DNA from: Candidatus Entotheonellaceae bacterium
GTDB taxonomy: Bacteria; Tectomicrobia; Entotheonellia; Entotheonellales; Entotheonellaceae
DNA length: 64,000 nucleotides
NCBI GenBank assembly: GCA_965238075.1
Contig: OZ250173.1
Coordinates: 2,112,001-2,176,000, forward strand
Direction of reading: 5' to 3'
Numbering within the stretch: position 1 is the first letter of the stretch; each line of letters begins with the position of its first letter. Positions 39,207-48,770 of the stretch are shown here, in pieces. A program made the translations under genes and the position numbers. The notes under the pieces are model-generated. The model made no database searches and had not been told where the DNA came from. It saw only the letters and a program-made list of their open reading frames with translations.

Positions 39207-41285
39207 ATGGAGTTCCGCATTGCCGACACGTTCACCGACAGCCTCGCCAAGCTGACGGGACAGGAGCAGAAAGCAGCCAAGACCACGGCCTTTGACCTCC
39301 AGGTCGACCCTGCAAACCCGGGCCTTCAGTTTCATAGGATCGATCGAGCCAGGGATCGGAGCTTCTGGTCGGTTCGCGTGAATCGGGATATTCGCCTGAT
39401 CGTTCATCGAACCGCGTCAAGCCTTCTCTTGTGTTACGTCGACCACCACGACGATGCCTACCGCTGGGCCGAGTGCCGCAAGATCGAACGGCATCCGACG
39501 ACCGGTGCCGCCCAGATCATCGAAATGCGAGAGATGGTAGAGGAGGTCAAGGTCCAACGGCCCGCCGAAGACGCAGCTCCGGGCGTGGAACAGCCGCTAT
39601 TGTTCGCACCAGTGGCTGATGATGAGTTGCTGGGCTACGGTGTGCCCTCGGAATGGCTCGATGACGTGAAGCGCGCCACGGAAGACACCCTCTTCGACCT
39701 CGCCGAACACCTGCCTCAAGAAGCCGCCGAAGCATTGCTGGACCTGGCGACTGGCGGAGTCCCACAGGTGGTTGCATACGCACTCCCTGGCGCGGACCCG
39801 TTCGCCCATCCGGACGCGCAACGCCGATTCCGGGTTATGGCGAACGCGGAAGAGCTGGAAAGCGCGCTCGAATACCCGTGGGAGAAGTGGACCGTCTTCC
39901 TCCACCCGGCGCAGCGCCGGATCGTCGAGCGTGGCTTTGGCGGCCCGGCCCGGGTCTCGGGGTCGGCCGGAACCGGGAAGACGATCGTGGCACTTCATCG
40001 GGCCGTCCATCTCGCCCAGGCGCATCCGGACGCTCGGGTTCTCCTCGCCACCTTCTCCGACACACTCGCGAACGCCCTGCGCGTCAAGCTGAGGCGCCTG
40101 ATCGGCAACCAGCCCAACATCGGCGAACGCCTCGAAGTGCACTCGATGGGCGGCATCTGCCGGCGCCTCTACGAAGCGAACTTCGGCCCGCCCAATCTGG
40201 CGACCAACGATCAGGTTCGAGAGCTGCTCGCCCGGGCGGCGGCCGAAGTGGAAGGGCATAGGTTCAGCCCGCATTTCCTTTGGACGGAATGGAACAGAGT
40301 GGTCGATGCCTGGCAGCTTGAGACTTGGGAAGACTACCGGGACGTTGTACGGCTCGGCCGCAAGACACGCCTGGCGGAACCGCAGCGGGCCGTATTGTGG
40401 TCGATCTTTTCCAGGTTGCGCGTCGCCCTTGCTGATCAGGGATGCCTCACGGAGCCCGGCCTGTTCCGTCGCCTGGAGCGGCACTTTGCGAACGCGCGTC
40501 ATTTGCCGTTCGATTTCTGCGTCATCGATGAGGCTCAGGATATCGGCGTGCCGGAGCTTCGCTTGCTCGCCGCCCTCGGCAGTGGCCGGCCCGACTGTCT
40601 GTTCTTCGCGGGCGATCTGGGTCAACGTATCTTCCAGACGCCGTTCTCGTGGCGGGCGCTAGGCGTAGACGTGCGCGGGCGCTCCCATACCTTGCGCATC
40701 AACTACCGGACCTCCCATCAGATTCGACGACAGGCGGATCGACTTCTGCCGGGCGAGCTCGCCGACGTGGATGGCATTGCCGAGCGGCGAGGCGGCACGG
40801 TCTCGGTGTTCAACGGACCGGAGCCGCACATCAGAATGCTTGAATCGCCGGATGAGGAGTGCGCAGCCATCGCCGAGTGGCTCGCTGCGCGGCGCCAGGA
40901 AGGGTACATGCCGCACGAGATCGGCGTGTTCGTCCGGTCCGATGCCGAGATGGAACGGGCGATCGAGGCCGTCCACGCTGCCGGAATGTCCGCGGCTCTA
41001 CTGGACGAACGCTCGGACGCCGCATCCGGCAACGTCGCGGTCGGAACGATGCACCTCGCCAAAGGCCTGGAGTTCCGCGCCGTAGCGGTCGCGGCGTGCG
41101 ACGACGAGATCCTGCCGCTGCAATCCAGAATCGAAAGCATCGCCGACGAAGCCGATCTCGCGGATACCTACGAGACCGAGCGGCACCTTCTCTACGTGGC
41201 TTGCACACGCGCCCGGGACCACCTTCTGGTTACTGGCGTCGAGCCGGCGTCGGAGTTTCTGGAAGACCTGCGGATGAACGAGTAG
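39207..41285 (+). CDS. SF1 UvrD/Rep-like helicase with N-terminal RelE/ParE-like domain
   Basis: GSAGTGKT, DEAQD, GDLGQRIF, NYRT, KGLEF, LYVACTRAR; N-terminal PGLQFHRI...WSVRVNRDIRLI...YVDHHDDAY. Confidence 0.85.
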   Translation: MEFRIADTFTDSLAKLTGQEQKAAKTTAFDLQVDPANPGLQFHRIDRARDRSFWSVRVNRDIRLIVHRTASSLLLCYVDHHDDAYRWAECRKIERHPTTGAAQIIEMREMVEEVKVQRPAEDAAPGVEQPLLFAPVADDELLGYGVPSEWLDDVKRATEDTLFDLAEHLPQEAAEALLDLATGGVPQVVAYALPGADPFAHPDAQRRFRVMANAEELESALEYPWEKWTVFLHPAQRRIVERGFGGPARVSGSAGTGKTIVALHRAVHLAQAHPDARVLLATFSDTLANALRVKLRRLIGNQPNIGERLEVHSMGGICRRLYEANFGPPNLATNDQVRELLARAAAEVEGHRFSPHFLWTEWNRVVDAWQLETWEDYRDVVRLGRKTRLAEPQRAVLWSIFSRLRVALADQGCLTEPGLFRRLERHFANARHLPFDFCVIDEAQDIGVPELRLLAALGSGRPDCLFFAGDLGQRIFQTPFSWRALGVDVRGRSHTLRINYRTSHQIRRQADRLLPGELADVDGIAERRGGTVSVFNGPEPHIRMLESPDEECAAIAEWLAARRQEGYMPHEIGVFVRSDAEMERAIEAVHAAGMSAALLDERSDAASGNVAVGTMHLAKGLEFRAVAVAACDDEILPLQSRIESIADEADLADTYETERHLLYVACTRARDHLLVTGVEPASEFLEDLRMNE

Positions 41286-41739
41286 CTTCATCCGCCGAGC
41301 GGACGGCTGGTCGGTGTGTGCGTGTCGGCCACAAACAGCCTACGCAGGAAAGAAATATGGGGTCCAGGTGGCGGATCTGGGGATCGCCTTCGGCGAGCTT
41401 GAGAGTTTGCATGATGTGTCAGAACGACAATCCGCCGTTGCATCAGCGTGTATTAGAACTCTGGCTTGAAACTTCTTTCGATGCACGCTTCTCGCGGCTG
41501 AAGGACACGACCACGGCGAACCACGCTGGTTTTGGTCACGTCGCCTTCGTCCCAGTCAATGGGCTGGCCAGTGTATCGGGTGGTTCGTATCCGCCTTGGG
41601 TGCGATTAAACGACCTGACGTCAATCGCCGCGCCAAAATGGAAATGGCTCTAACGGATGGCGGCGGCATGCCAAACGCGGAAGCGGCGGCACGTGGCAGA
41701 CGGGCGTGTCGCGCCACCGCCATTCCGTGCCCGATGCCA

Positions 41740-43059
41740 TCAAGCGGCAGGCTCTCTTCGGCGCCTGACGGTACCGCCTCCGGACGCAGGCGGCTGGACA
41801 TGCACTGGTGCCAGCCGTTTGACGAGGGTTCCGATCGTAAGCCCTTGCACCAGAATGGAGAACACGACGACGGCATAGGTCATGTAAAGAATCAGATCCC
41901 TCGATAGCTCCGGGGTCAGGGACAGGGCTAGCGCAATCGAAATGCCGCCGCGCAACCCGCCCCACGTGAGCAGCGCGATCGTGGCGCCAGGGTGTCCGTA
42001 GCGCAGTTTTGTGAACGGCAGTGGAATGGCAACCGAGACCGCACGTGCGAGCAACACCGCAGGAATTGCCAGCAGCCCTGCGACGAGATAGGCGACTTGG
42101 AAGTTGTGAGACAGCCCCAGGAGCACCAGCCCCATGAGCGTGAAGAGCACCGCGTTGAGAATGTGGTCGATGGCGTCCCACAGGTCGCTGAGGTGCCGCC
42201 GTTCGGATGCTGTCGCGTCTTTCGACCTGATACGCCGGCCGACGACGAGTCCGGTGACCACAAGCGCCAAGGCGCCGGAGACGTGAAGTCTGGAGGCAAG
42301 GGTAAAACAGCCCATGACCGCGGCGAGCGTGATGAGGACATCGGTTGTTGGCGCGCGGGCCAAGCGCACGAAACGGTTCGTCAGCCATCCGAACGCCAGC
42401 CCCAGAATCACGCCTCCGGCCGCTTCGCGGCCCAACAGTGCCACAGCGTCCACGATGACTGATTCTCTGGAATCGAGGCTCTCGCCGGCGCCAGCGATAT
42501 TCAGGAGGGTCAGGAATACGACGACGGCCACCCCGTCGTTCAGCAGGCTTTCTCCGGCGATATCGGCTTGTATGGATTTTGGCACGGCGGTCGCTCTGAG
42601 AATGGCGAGAACAGCGATGGGATCGGTCGGAGAGATCAGGGCGCCGAACAGAAGACAGTGCAGGAACGGCACATTATGGAGACCCAGCAGCCAGACAATC
42701 GCGTAGGCAAGGCCGCCGATGATCAACGTGGAGAGAACAATGCTAATTGTGGCGAAGCTCAGAATCGGCCAGCGGTCACGCGCCATGGACTCGGAATCTG
42801 CCGTGAATCCCCCTGCGAACATCAGAAACCCGAGCGCGATCTCGAGGACGAAGAAGCTGAAATCGACCTTCTCGACCTCGCGGCAGATATCCATGATCGG
42901 GGACGGAAAGGCTAGGCCGAACAGAATGACGGCAACGCTGGCCAGGAGCCCGGTCGCCATGAGGCCAATCGTCTCGGGGAATCGCAGAACCCTGCTGTTG
43001 AATACGCTGAACAGCGCGCTGAGGCCAAGGATAGCCGCAGCCAGTGCATAGATGTCCAT
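41740..43059 (-). CDS. CPA1 (NhaP-type) Na+/H+ antiporter
   Basis: FGALISPTDPIAV, GESLLNDG, WGGLRGGISIALAL, QGLT. Confidence 0.93.
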   Translation of the reverse strand: MDIYALAAAILGLSALFSVFNSRVLRFPETIGLMATGLLASVAVILFGLAFPSPIMDICREVEKVDFSFFVLEIALGFLMFAGGFTADSESMARDRWPILSFATISIVLSTLIIGGLAYAIVWLLGLHNVPFLHCLLFGALISPTDPIAVLAILRATAVPKSIQADIAGESLLNDGVAVVVFLTLLNIAGAGESLDSRESVIVDAVALLGREAAGGVILGLAFGWLTNRFVRLARAPTTDVLITLAAVMGCFTLASRLHVSGALALVVTGLVVGRRIRSKDATASERRHLSDLWDAIDHILNAVLFTLMGLVLLGLSHNFQVAYLVAGLLAIPAVLLARAVSVAIPLPFTKLRYGHPGATIALLTWGGLRGGISIALALSLTPELSRDLILYMTYAVVVFSILVQGLTIGTLVKRLAPVHVQPPASGGGTVRRRREPAA

Positions 43060-43129
43060 GGCCCCCGTCCTTAGTCAGCCCCTACGACGTCGGGTGCAAT
43101 TTTCCTGAGCCCCCATCCGATCGCTTCCA

Positions 43130-43282
43130 ACGTAGCGCCTCGGTTTGAATTTTTCCCTCACCCCGCCCTTTCCCTCCGGGGATGAGCAGCAATTCCCCAC
43201 CACGGGTGAGGGCCAGCCATCGCCGTCCGGCTTGACCGGAGGGAAGGGGGTACGAGCCGTTTGTTTCAACCTGAGGGACGAC
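43130..43282. mobile_element. Degenerate second copy of the MITE family
   Basis: Left end GTAGCGCCTCGGTTTGAATTTTTCCCTCACCCC resembles the 35129 element; decayed right end TTCAACCTGAGGGACGAC; flanking direct repeat TCGCTTCCA at 43121-43129 and 43283-43291. Confidence 0.6.
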
Positions 43283-43410
43283 TCGCTTCCAGCCCGAGTT
43301 GCCAACCGCAAATGGCTCGGCGGCGAGGCGCGTCAGAACTACCGTCATGTCCGAATTCGTGCCGGGCGGGCGAGACGCCGCCGCGCCCCCAGGGTCATGC
43401 AAAGCCGCCG

Positions 43411-44424
43411 CTACGCATCGGTGAGGCGGACGAGCATTTTGCCCATGTTGTCGCCGGTAAACAGGCCAATGAACGCCTTGGGGGTATTTTCCAGGCCATC
43501 GACGATGGTTTCTTCCCACTTGAGCTTGCCGGCTTGAATCCAGGCGGTCATGTCGGCGTGGAACTGGGGTTGGCGGTCGGCGTGGTCGGAGACAATGAAG
43601 CCTTGCAGGGTGAGGCGCTTGCGCACGGCGTGGGTCAGGTTGCTGGGACCAGGGGCGGCTTGGTTGTATTGCGAGATCATGCCGCATAGGGCGAGGCGGC
43701 CGAAGGGGTTCATGTGTTCCAGCGCCGCTTCCAGGTGGGCGCCGCCGACGTTTTCAAAGTACACGTCGATGCCGTCCGGGCACAGGCGGCCGAGTTCTTC
43801 AATCAGGGAGGCCGCTTCTTTGTAGTTCAAGGCTCCGTCGACGCCGGCGACGTCCCGCAGCCACTGCACCTTGGCTGCCGAGCCGGCGCTGCCCACCACG
43901 CGGCAGCCTTTGATCTTGGCAATCTGGCAGACCACCATGCCGACGGCACCGGCAGCGCCCGATACGAACACCGTTTCGCCTTCTTGCGGTTTGCCGATGT
44001 CGAGCAGCCCGACGTAGGCCGTCAAACCCGGCATTCCCATGGTGCCGAGGTAGGCTTGCGGCGGCACGCCCTGGGGCTCGATCCTGGTCAGATCCCCACC
44101 GTCGGAAACGTAGCACTCGCGCCAGCCGGAGCGGCTGGAGACGTAGTCACCCTCCTGGAAATCTTTGTTCCCCCGCGACGCAATGACCTGCCCGACACAG
44201 CCGCCCTCAAGCACCTGGCCGATCTGAAACGGCGGCACGTAGCTAGGGCGGTCGTACATACGGCCGCGCATGTAGGGATCGACGGACAGGAAGTGGTTAC
44301 GCACCAGTACCTCGCCCGCTGCCGGCTCGGGAAGCGACACTTCGACCAAAGCGAAGTCGTCCTCGGTCGGCAGGCCGACGGGGCGGCGTTTGAGATGGAT
44401 TTCGTGGCTCCGGGTGGCGGTCAT
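43411..44424 (-). CDS. NADP-dependent oxidoreductase (MDR family, CurA/PTGR-like)
   Basis: SVDPYMRGRM, GMPGLTAY, SGAAGAVG, YFENVGG, CGMISQYN. Start at ATG 44424. Confidence 0.92.
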   Translation of the reverse strand: MTATRSHEIHLKRRPVGLPTEDDFALVEVSLPEPAAGEVLVRNHFLSVDPYMRGRMYDRPSYVPPFQIGQVLEGGCVGQVIASRGNKDFQEGDYVSSRSGWRECYVSDGGDLTRIEPQGVPPQAYLGTMGMPGLTAYVGLLDIGKPQEGETVFVSGAAGAVGMVVCQIAKIKGCRVVGSAGSAAKVQWLRDVAGVDGALNYKEAASLIEELGRLCPDGIDVYFENVGGAHLEAALEHMNPFGRLALCGMISQYNQAAPGPSNLTHAVRKRLTLQGFIVSDHADRQPQFHADMTAWIQAGKLKWEETIVDGLENTPKAFIGLFTGDNMGKMLVRLTDA

Positions 44425-44870
44425 GGTCACTCCTTGCAAAGCGTTCGGTTGCGGAATCGTATAGGCTGAACAGCTCGGCGCCCTTGGAAAGGGGCGGCAT
44501 TCTACGTCACGTATGTGCCGGCTCACAAGGGCCTTAACCGGCGCCTTTGCAGGCCGATTTTAGGATTTGCAGCAGAAAATCTAACACGCTATAGTATGCG
44601 CCGAAATATGCACCGAAAAAAACGCGCTCTGCTCCGACACCCCCCTTGTACGTTGTCGGTGGCTGTCCGATGACCTGCCGGGCCACGATGCTCAGGCGCA
44701 CAATTTCTCACTTGCGCCAGGTAACGCCCGCGAGCCGTGGCCTATGACGTAGGTATCAATCAAATTGATGGCATTCTTCACCAGTTTCACACCAGGCGGT
44801 GCAATTCAAGGTCAGGACTCGCCGGCGGCCCGCAACCCACAGGGTTCTGTCGGTATGGAGAGCTAAGGCT

Positions 44871-47096
44871 ATGCGAGGTTACCGAGTCAACGACGCGCAA
44901 GGGCGGGCGGCAACGTGCCGGTCTCTGGCTCTGGCGTTCCTGGTTGGCCTGCTGCTGCTCGGCGTCGGCGCCGAAATCGTGCAGGCCGTGGAGGTGCCGC
45001 TGCCGACCAAGGAAGACATGGTGTACGGCGACTTCCCGGTCGTTGGCCGACGCGTCGCGATATGGGTCATCGCGCAATTACACCTGATGTTCGGCGCCTT
45101 CGTGGTCGGCGTGCCGTTGTTTATTCTGATTATCGAAATCCTGGGCGCCGCAACGAAGAACCAACAGTACGACGACTTGGCGCACGAATTCACCCGCCTC
45201 CTCAGTGTTGCCTTTTCCACCACCGCCATTTTCGGCGGTATCTTGGTGTTTTTCCTGATCGGTCTCTATCCCACCTTCACGAATTTCCTGGTCAGTATTT
45301 TCTTCCCCTCCATGGTGGTCTATGTCTTCCTGTTCTTCGGCGAAAGCTTCAGCATGTATCTCTACTACTTCGGCTGGGACGTCCTGAAAGGCACGTCGCG
45401 CAGCGTCGGGACGGTGATCGGCACGACGGCCCTGAGCGTGCTGGTGCTATACCCGGGGCTCCTGTTGCTGCTGGCGCTGCCGTCCCTGTTCATGGTTGGC
45501 GGCTGGGCGGTGAGTTTCCCGGTGTCGTACGGACTGGCCGGGGTCCTGTTCATCGCGCTGTTGGCGCACGGGTTGCGGCCAGGCAAGAGCAGTTTTGTTC
45601 AGAGCCGCAAATGGATGCATATCTGCTTCGGTATTCTGCTGAACTACTTCGGTCTGACCCTGATGATGATCGCTAACTCGTGGGCGACGTTCATGACGTC
45701 GCCGTCGGGGATCAATCTGGACGCCGGGGTGTTCCAGGGCACGACCTGGGACGCGATGCGCAACTTCACGTGGATGCCGGTCAACCTGCACCGGTTCATC
45801 GCCAATATCGCCTTTGGCGGCTCGATCGTGGCGGCGTATGCGGCGTTTCGCTTCCTGTCGTCGGCGCGCAATTCCCCCGAGCGGGCGCACTACGACTGGA
45901 TGGGGTACATCGGCAATTTCATCGCTCTGATCGGGCTGATCCCGCTGCCCTTCGCGGGCTACTGGCTGGGCCGGGAAATCTATGGCTACGATCAGCAGCT
46001 CGGCATCACCATGATGGGCGGCATCTTCTCCTGGCTGTTCATCCTGCAGGCGGTGCTGATCGGCGCTCTGTTTCTGGGCGCCAACTACTACCTGTGGCTG
46101 GGCATGGAGCGCATTCCGGGGTCGGAGCGCTACCGCAAGTTTACGCCTGTCATGCTCGGCGTGCTGACGGTTTGCTTCCTCGTGTGGCTGACGCCGCACA
46201 GCCTCGTGGCCAGCCTGGAAGAGGCCCGCAGGATGGGTGGGGCACACCACCCGATGCTCGGCGTCTTCGGGGTCATGTCGGCCAAGAACACCGTCGTCAA
46301 TCTGATGATTCTGACCACTTTCCTGAGTTTCCTGCTCTACCGCCGCGGCAACAAGGGTGAACGGCTTCCCTTTGCCCAGCAAAGCGGTGCGTCGAAAGTC
46401 GCGCTGATGATCGTGGCGGCCTTGGGGATTGTCCTCATGTGGCAACTCAGCGCGCCGCTTGCCGACCCGGCGCTGATGACCGGGCGCCTGCTGCTGTGGG
46501 GCTTCGAGACCCTGGCCGTGGTCGCTGCGGTGGCCCTCACCCTGAACGACCGCGGCACCCTGGGGCAGGGGCTGCTCTTTGCCATGTCGGCGCTGGTGGT
46601 GGTGTTTTACGGAATCTACGGCTACTACGTTGAAGCTATTGTGCGCATCGGTTTTTCCATCCTGCAGGTGTCATCGGTGCTGCTCGTGCTGCTGGTGGCG
46701 ACGACCATCGACATCGTGATCTTCCGCCGTGCGCCGCTCGTCGGCGAAATCAATTGGGGCCGGATTCCGGAGCGGTCGCAGTACGTCCTGTTCCTGCTTG
46801 CCACCTCGTTCACGTGGCTGATGGGCTTGATGGGCTACGCGCGTTCGGGCCTGCGCACGCACTGGCATATCTTCAACGTTATGCGGGATTACTCGTCGGA
46901 TGCCTTTACCCCGACGTTGGGTTATGCCTGCGGGGTGATTTCGATCATCGTGCTGGTGTTTATGCTCCTGGTGAGTTTCATTTTCTGGTTGGCCCATATG
47001 GGCTCGTTGGGGCATGCGCAGGAGGAAGCGGTGCTGCATGGAGCCCCGTCCCCGGTGTTGCAACCCGGCGGGGCAGCCGGCGGAGGCGCAGACTAG
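44871..47096 (+). CDS. Divergent cytochrome bd ubiquinol oxidase subunit I-like membrane protein
   Basis: AQLHLMFGAFVVG and NLHRFIANI match the CydA haem-His positions; ANSW..FM..P; GRQPW replaced by GLRTHW; many extra TM helices; no cydB in the window. Confidence 0.8.
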   Translation: MRGYRVNDAQGRAATCRSLALAFLVGLLLLGVGAEIVQAVEVPLPTKEDMVYGDFPVVGRRVAIWVIAQLHLMFGAFVVGVPLFILIIEILGAATKNQQYDDLAHEFTRLLSVAFSTTAIFGGILVFFLIGLYPTFTNFLVSIFFPSMVVYVFLFFGESFSMYLYYFGWDVLKGTSRSVGTVIGTTALSVLVLYPGLLLLLALPSLFMVGGWAVSFPVSYGLAGVLFIALLAHGLRPGKSSFVQSRKWMHICFGILLNYFGLTLMMIANSWATFMTSPSGINLDAGVFQGTTWDAMRNFTWMPVNLHRFIANIAFGGSIVAAYAAFRFLSSARNSPERAHYDWMGYIGNFIALIGLIPLPFAGYWLGREIYGYDQQLGITMMGGIFSWLFILQAVLIGALFLGANYYLWLGMERIPGSERYRKFTPVMLGVLTVCFLVWLTPHSLVASLEEARRMGGAHHPMLGVFGVMSAKNTVVNLMILTTFLSFLLYRRGNKGERLPFAQQSGASKVALMIVAALGIVLMWQLSAPLADPALMTGRLLLWGFETLAVVAAVALTLNDRGTLGQGLLFAMSALVVVFYGIYGYYVEAIVRIGFSILQVSSVLLVLLVATTIDIVIFRRAPLVGEINWGRIPERSQYVLFLLATSFTWLMGLMGYARSGLRTHWHIFNVMRDYSSDAFTPTLGYACGVISIIVLVFMLLVSFIFWLAHMGSLGHAQEEAVLHGAPSPVLQPGGAAGGGAD

Positions 47097-47108
47097 GAAA
47101 GCGGCGAC

Positions 47109-47945
47109 ATGTTGACATTTCTGAAAGTTATGGCGTTTAACGGTTTGGTAGTTCTGTTCTTCTGGTACGTCGGCAACAGTATTCCGCAGCAGCGGAAAGA
47201 CCCGCCCAAGGAGTCCACCCTGACGGCGGACATGGCGCCCGAGGTGTTCGTCGCGGCCGGGCAGGATATCTTTTACGGCAAGGGCACCTGCGCACTGTGT
47301 CACACGATTGGCGAGAAAGGCGAGCGCTGTCCGAATCTTGCCGGTATCGGCCAGCGGGCCGGCGCGCGGGTGGAAGAAGCCAGTTACCAGGGGGATGCGA
47401 GCAATGGCGCCGAGTACGTGGTGGAGTCGTTGCACAACCCGGCGGTGTACGTGGTGGACGGCTATCAGCCCACCATGCCCGCTATGGGGCGCCAGTTGAA
47501 CGATCTCGAAATAGTCGCCGTGGTTGCCTTTATGCAGTCGCTGGGTGGCGAAGTGACCGTAACGGGCGAGACGCTTTTTCCCAAGTACCGCGCCGACAGC
47601 GGTGCGGCGGTGGCCGCGGCGCCGGCCGCCGGGGCGGCCCCTGCAATGGTTGCGGCGTCGGGCGGCACGGGCTCGGAGTTGGTGGCGCAGTGGGGATGTA
47701 TCAGTTGCCACAGCCTGGACGCGCCGGTTCGCCTGGTCGGGCCCAGCCTGTGGGACATCGGGGCGCGCCAGGACGAGCACTTCATTCGTGAGTCCATTCT
47801 CAAGCCGGACGCCGTGGTGGCGGAGGGCTTCCCGCCGAGTTTGATGAAACTGACGTTGGATGGCCAGGGCTTTTACCAGAAGCTCGCCGTGCAGGACCTC
47901 AATACGCTGGTGGATTATTTGGCATCCCTCAAGGGCGGCCAGTAG
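47109..47945 (+). CDS. Membrane-anchored dihaem c-type cytochrome
   Basis: N-terminal TM; CALCH and CISCH with downstream Met (PTMP, SLM). Confidence 0.9.
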   Translation: MLTFLKVMAFNGLVVLFFWYVGNSIPQQRKDPPKESTLTADMAPEVFVAAGQDIFYGKGTCALCHTIGEKGERCPNLAGIGQRAGARVEEASYQGDASNGAEYVVESLHNPAVYVVDGYQPTMPAMGRQLNDLEIVAVVAFMQSLGGEVTVTGETLFPKYRADSGAAVAAAPAAGAAPAMVAASGGTGSELVAQWGCISCHSLDAPVRLVGPSLWDIGARQDEHFIRESILKPDAVVAEGFPPSLMKLTLDGQGFYQKLAVQDLNTLVDYLASLKGGQ

Positions 47946-47981
47946 GGCCGGGAATGGGTTCGACCCGGAATTGGAGCAACC

Positions 47982-48770
47982 ATGAGACGTGGATTGTCTA
48001 TTCACCTTAAATCGCTGCTCGTCCTCCTTGTGGCGCTGTTTGTCTTCAGCGTTGTGGTGCCCTTCGTTTCCGCACCGATCCCGGGACAACTTTATGGCTG
48101 GTACGTCATCACAACGCTGTTCGTGATCTTCCTCTACGTCTCCTCCAGCGAGGCGTCGCTGGAAGAATTCATGTTGCCGGTGCGCCAGCTCCTGTTGGCG
48201 CGTACGGCGTTGATGAAGCCGTTGCGCATCGTCGTGTTCATCGTCGTGCCGCTCGTCTGCGGCTGGTATTTCTCCACCTGGGCAGCGGGCGGCTCGGCGT
48301 CGCCGGGCGGTCAGCGGGTCATTCACCCGACGCCGCCTACGGCGGTCAATTTCCAGGGCAAACGCCTGGTGCTGCAGGATATTTCGATCAGCCCTGTTCG
48401 TGAGGATGCGGCGCATCTCGCCGAGCACATCGAGAAGGGCCGTATCGTGTATTACGAAAATTGCTTCTTCTGCCATGGCGACGCGCTGCAGGGCAAGGGG
48501 CATTTCGCCGAGGGATTCAATCCGTCTCCGGCGAATTTTCAGGACACTGGGACGATTGCACAGTTGTCGGAATCCTACCTGTTCTGGCGCATTGCCAAGG
48601 GCGGGCCGGGATTGCCGGGTGAATCGGCGCCGTGGGATTCAGCGATGCCGGTCTGGGAGGACTTCCTCACGGAAGAAGAAATCTGGCAGGTCATTGCTTA
48701 CCTGTATGACGCCACAGGACACGCACCGCGGGTCATGGACCACGGCGGCGGTGAAGGTGGCGGACACTAG
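47982..48770 (+). CDS. Membrane-bound monohaem c-type cytochrome
   Basis: Three N-terminal TM segments; CFFCHG; SAMP axial Met. Confidence 0.9.
   Translation: MRRGLSIHLKSLLVLLVALFVFSVVVPFVSAPIPGQLYGWYVITTLFVIFLYVSSSEASLEEFMLPVRQLLLARTALMKPLRIVVFIVVPLVCGWYFSTWAAGGSASPGGQRVIHPTPPTAVNFQGKRLVLQDISISPVREDAAHLAEHIEKGRIVYYENCFFCHGDALQGKGHFAEGFNPSPANFQDTGTIAQLSESYLFWRIAKGGPGLPGESAPWDSAMPVWEDFLTEEEIWQVIAYLYDATGHAPRVMDHGGGEGGGH

Noticed and set aside
41286-41739. Possible gene remnant after the helicase
   Set aside because: Somewhat lower GC, but no frame gave a recognisable protein or a convincing start.
30205-41740. Defence island as an integrative element or prophage
   Set aside because: No integrase, tRNA, att-like direct repeat or phage gene was found at either edge by eye.
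44871-47096. Calling this gene cydA of a canonical bd oxidase, or taking the cluster as proof of nitrite oxidation
   Set aside because: GRQPW and cydB are absent, and no nxrA/nxrB-like genes are in the window.
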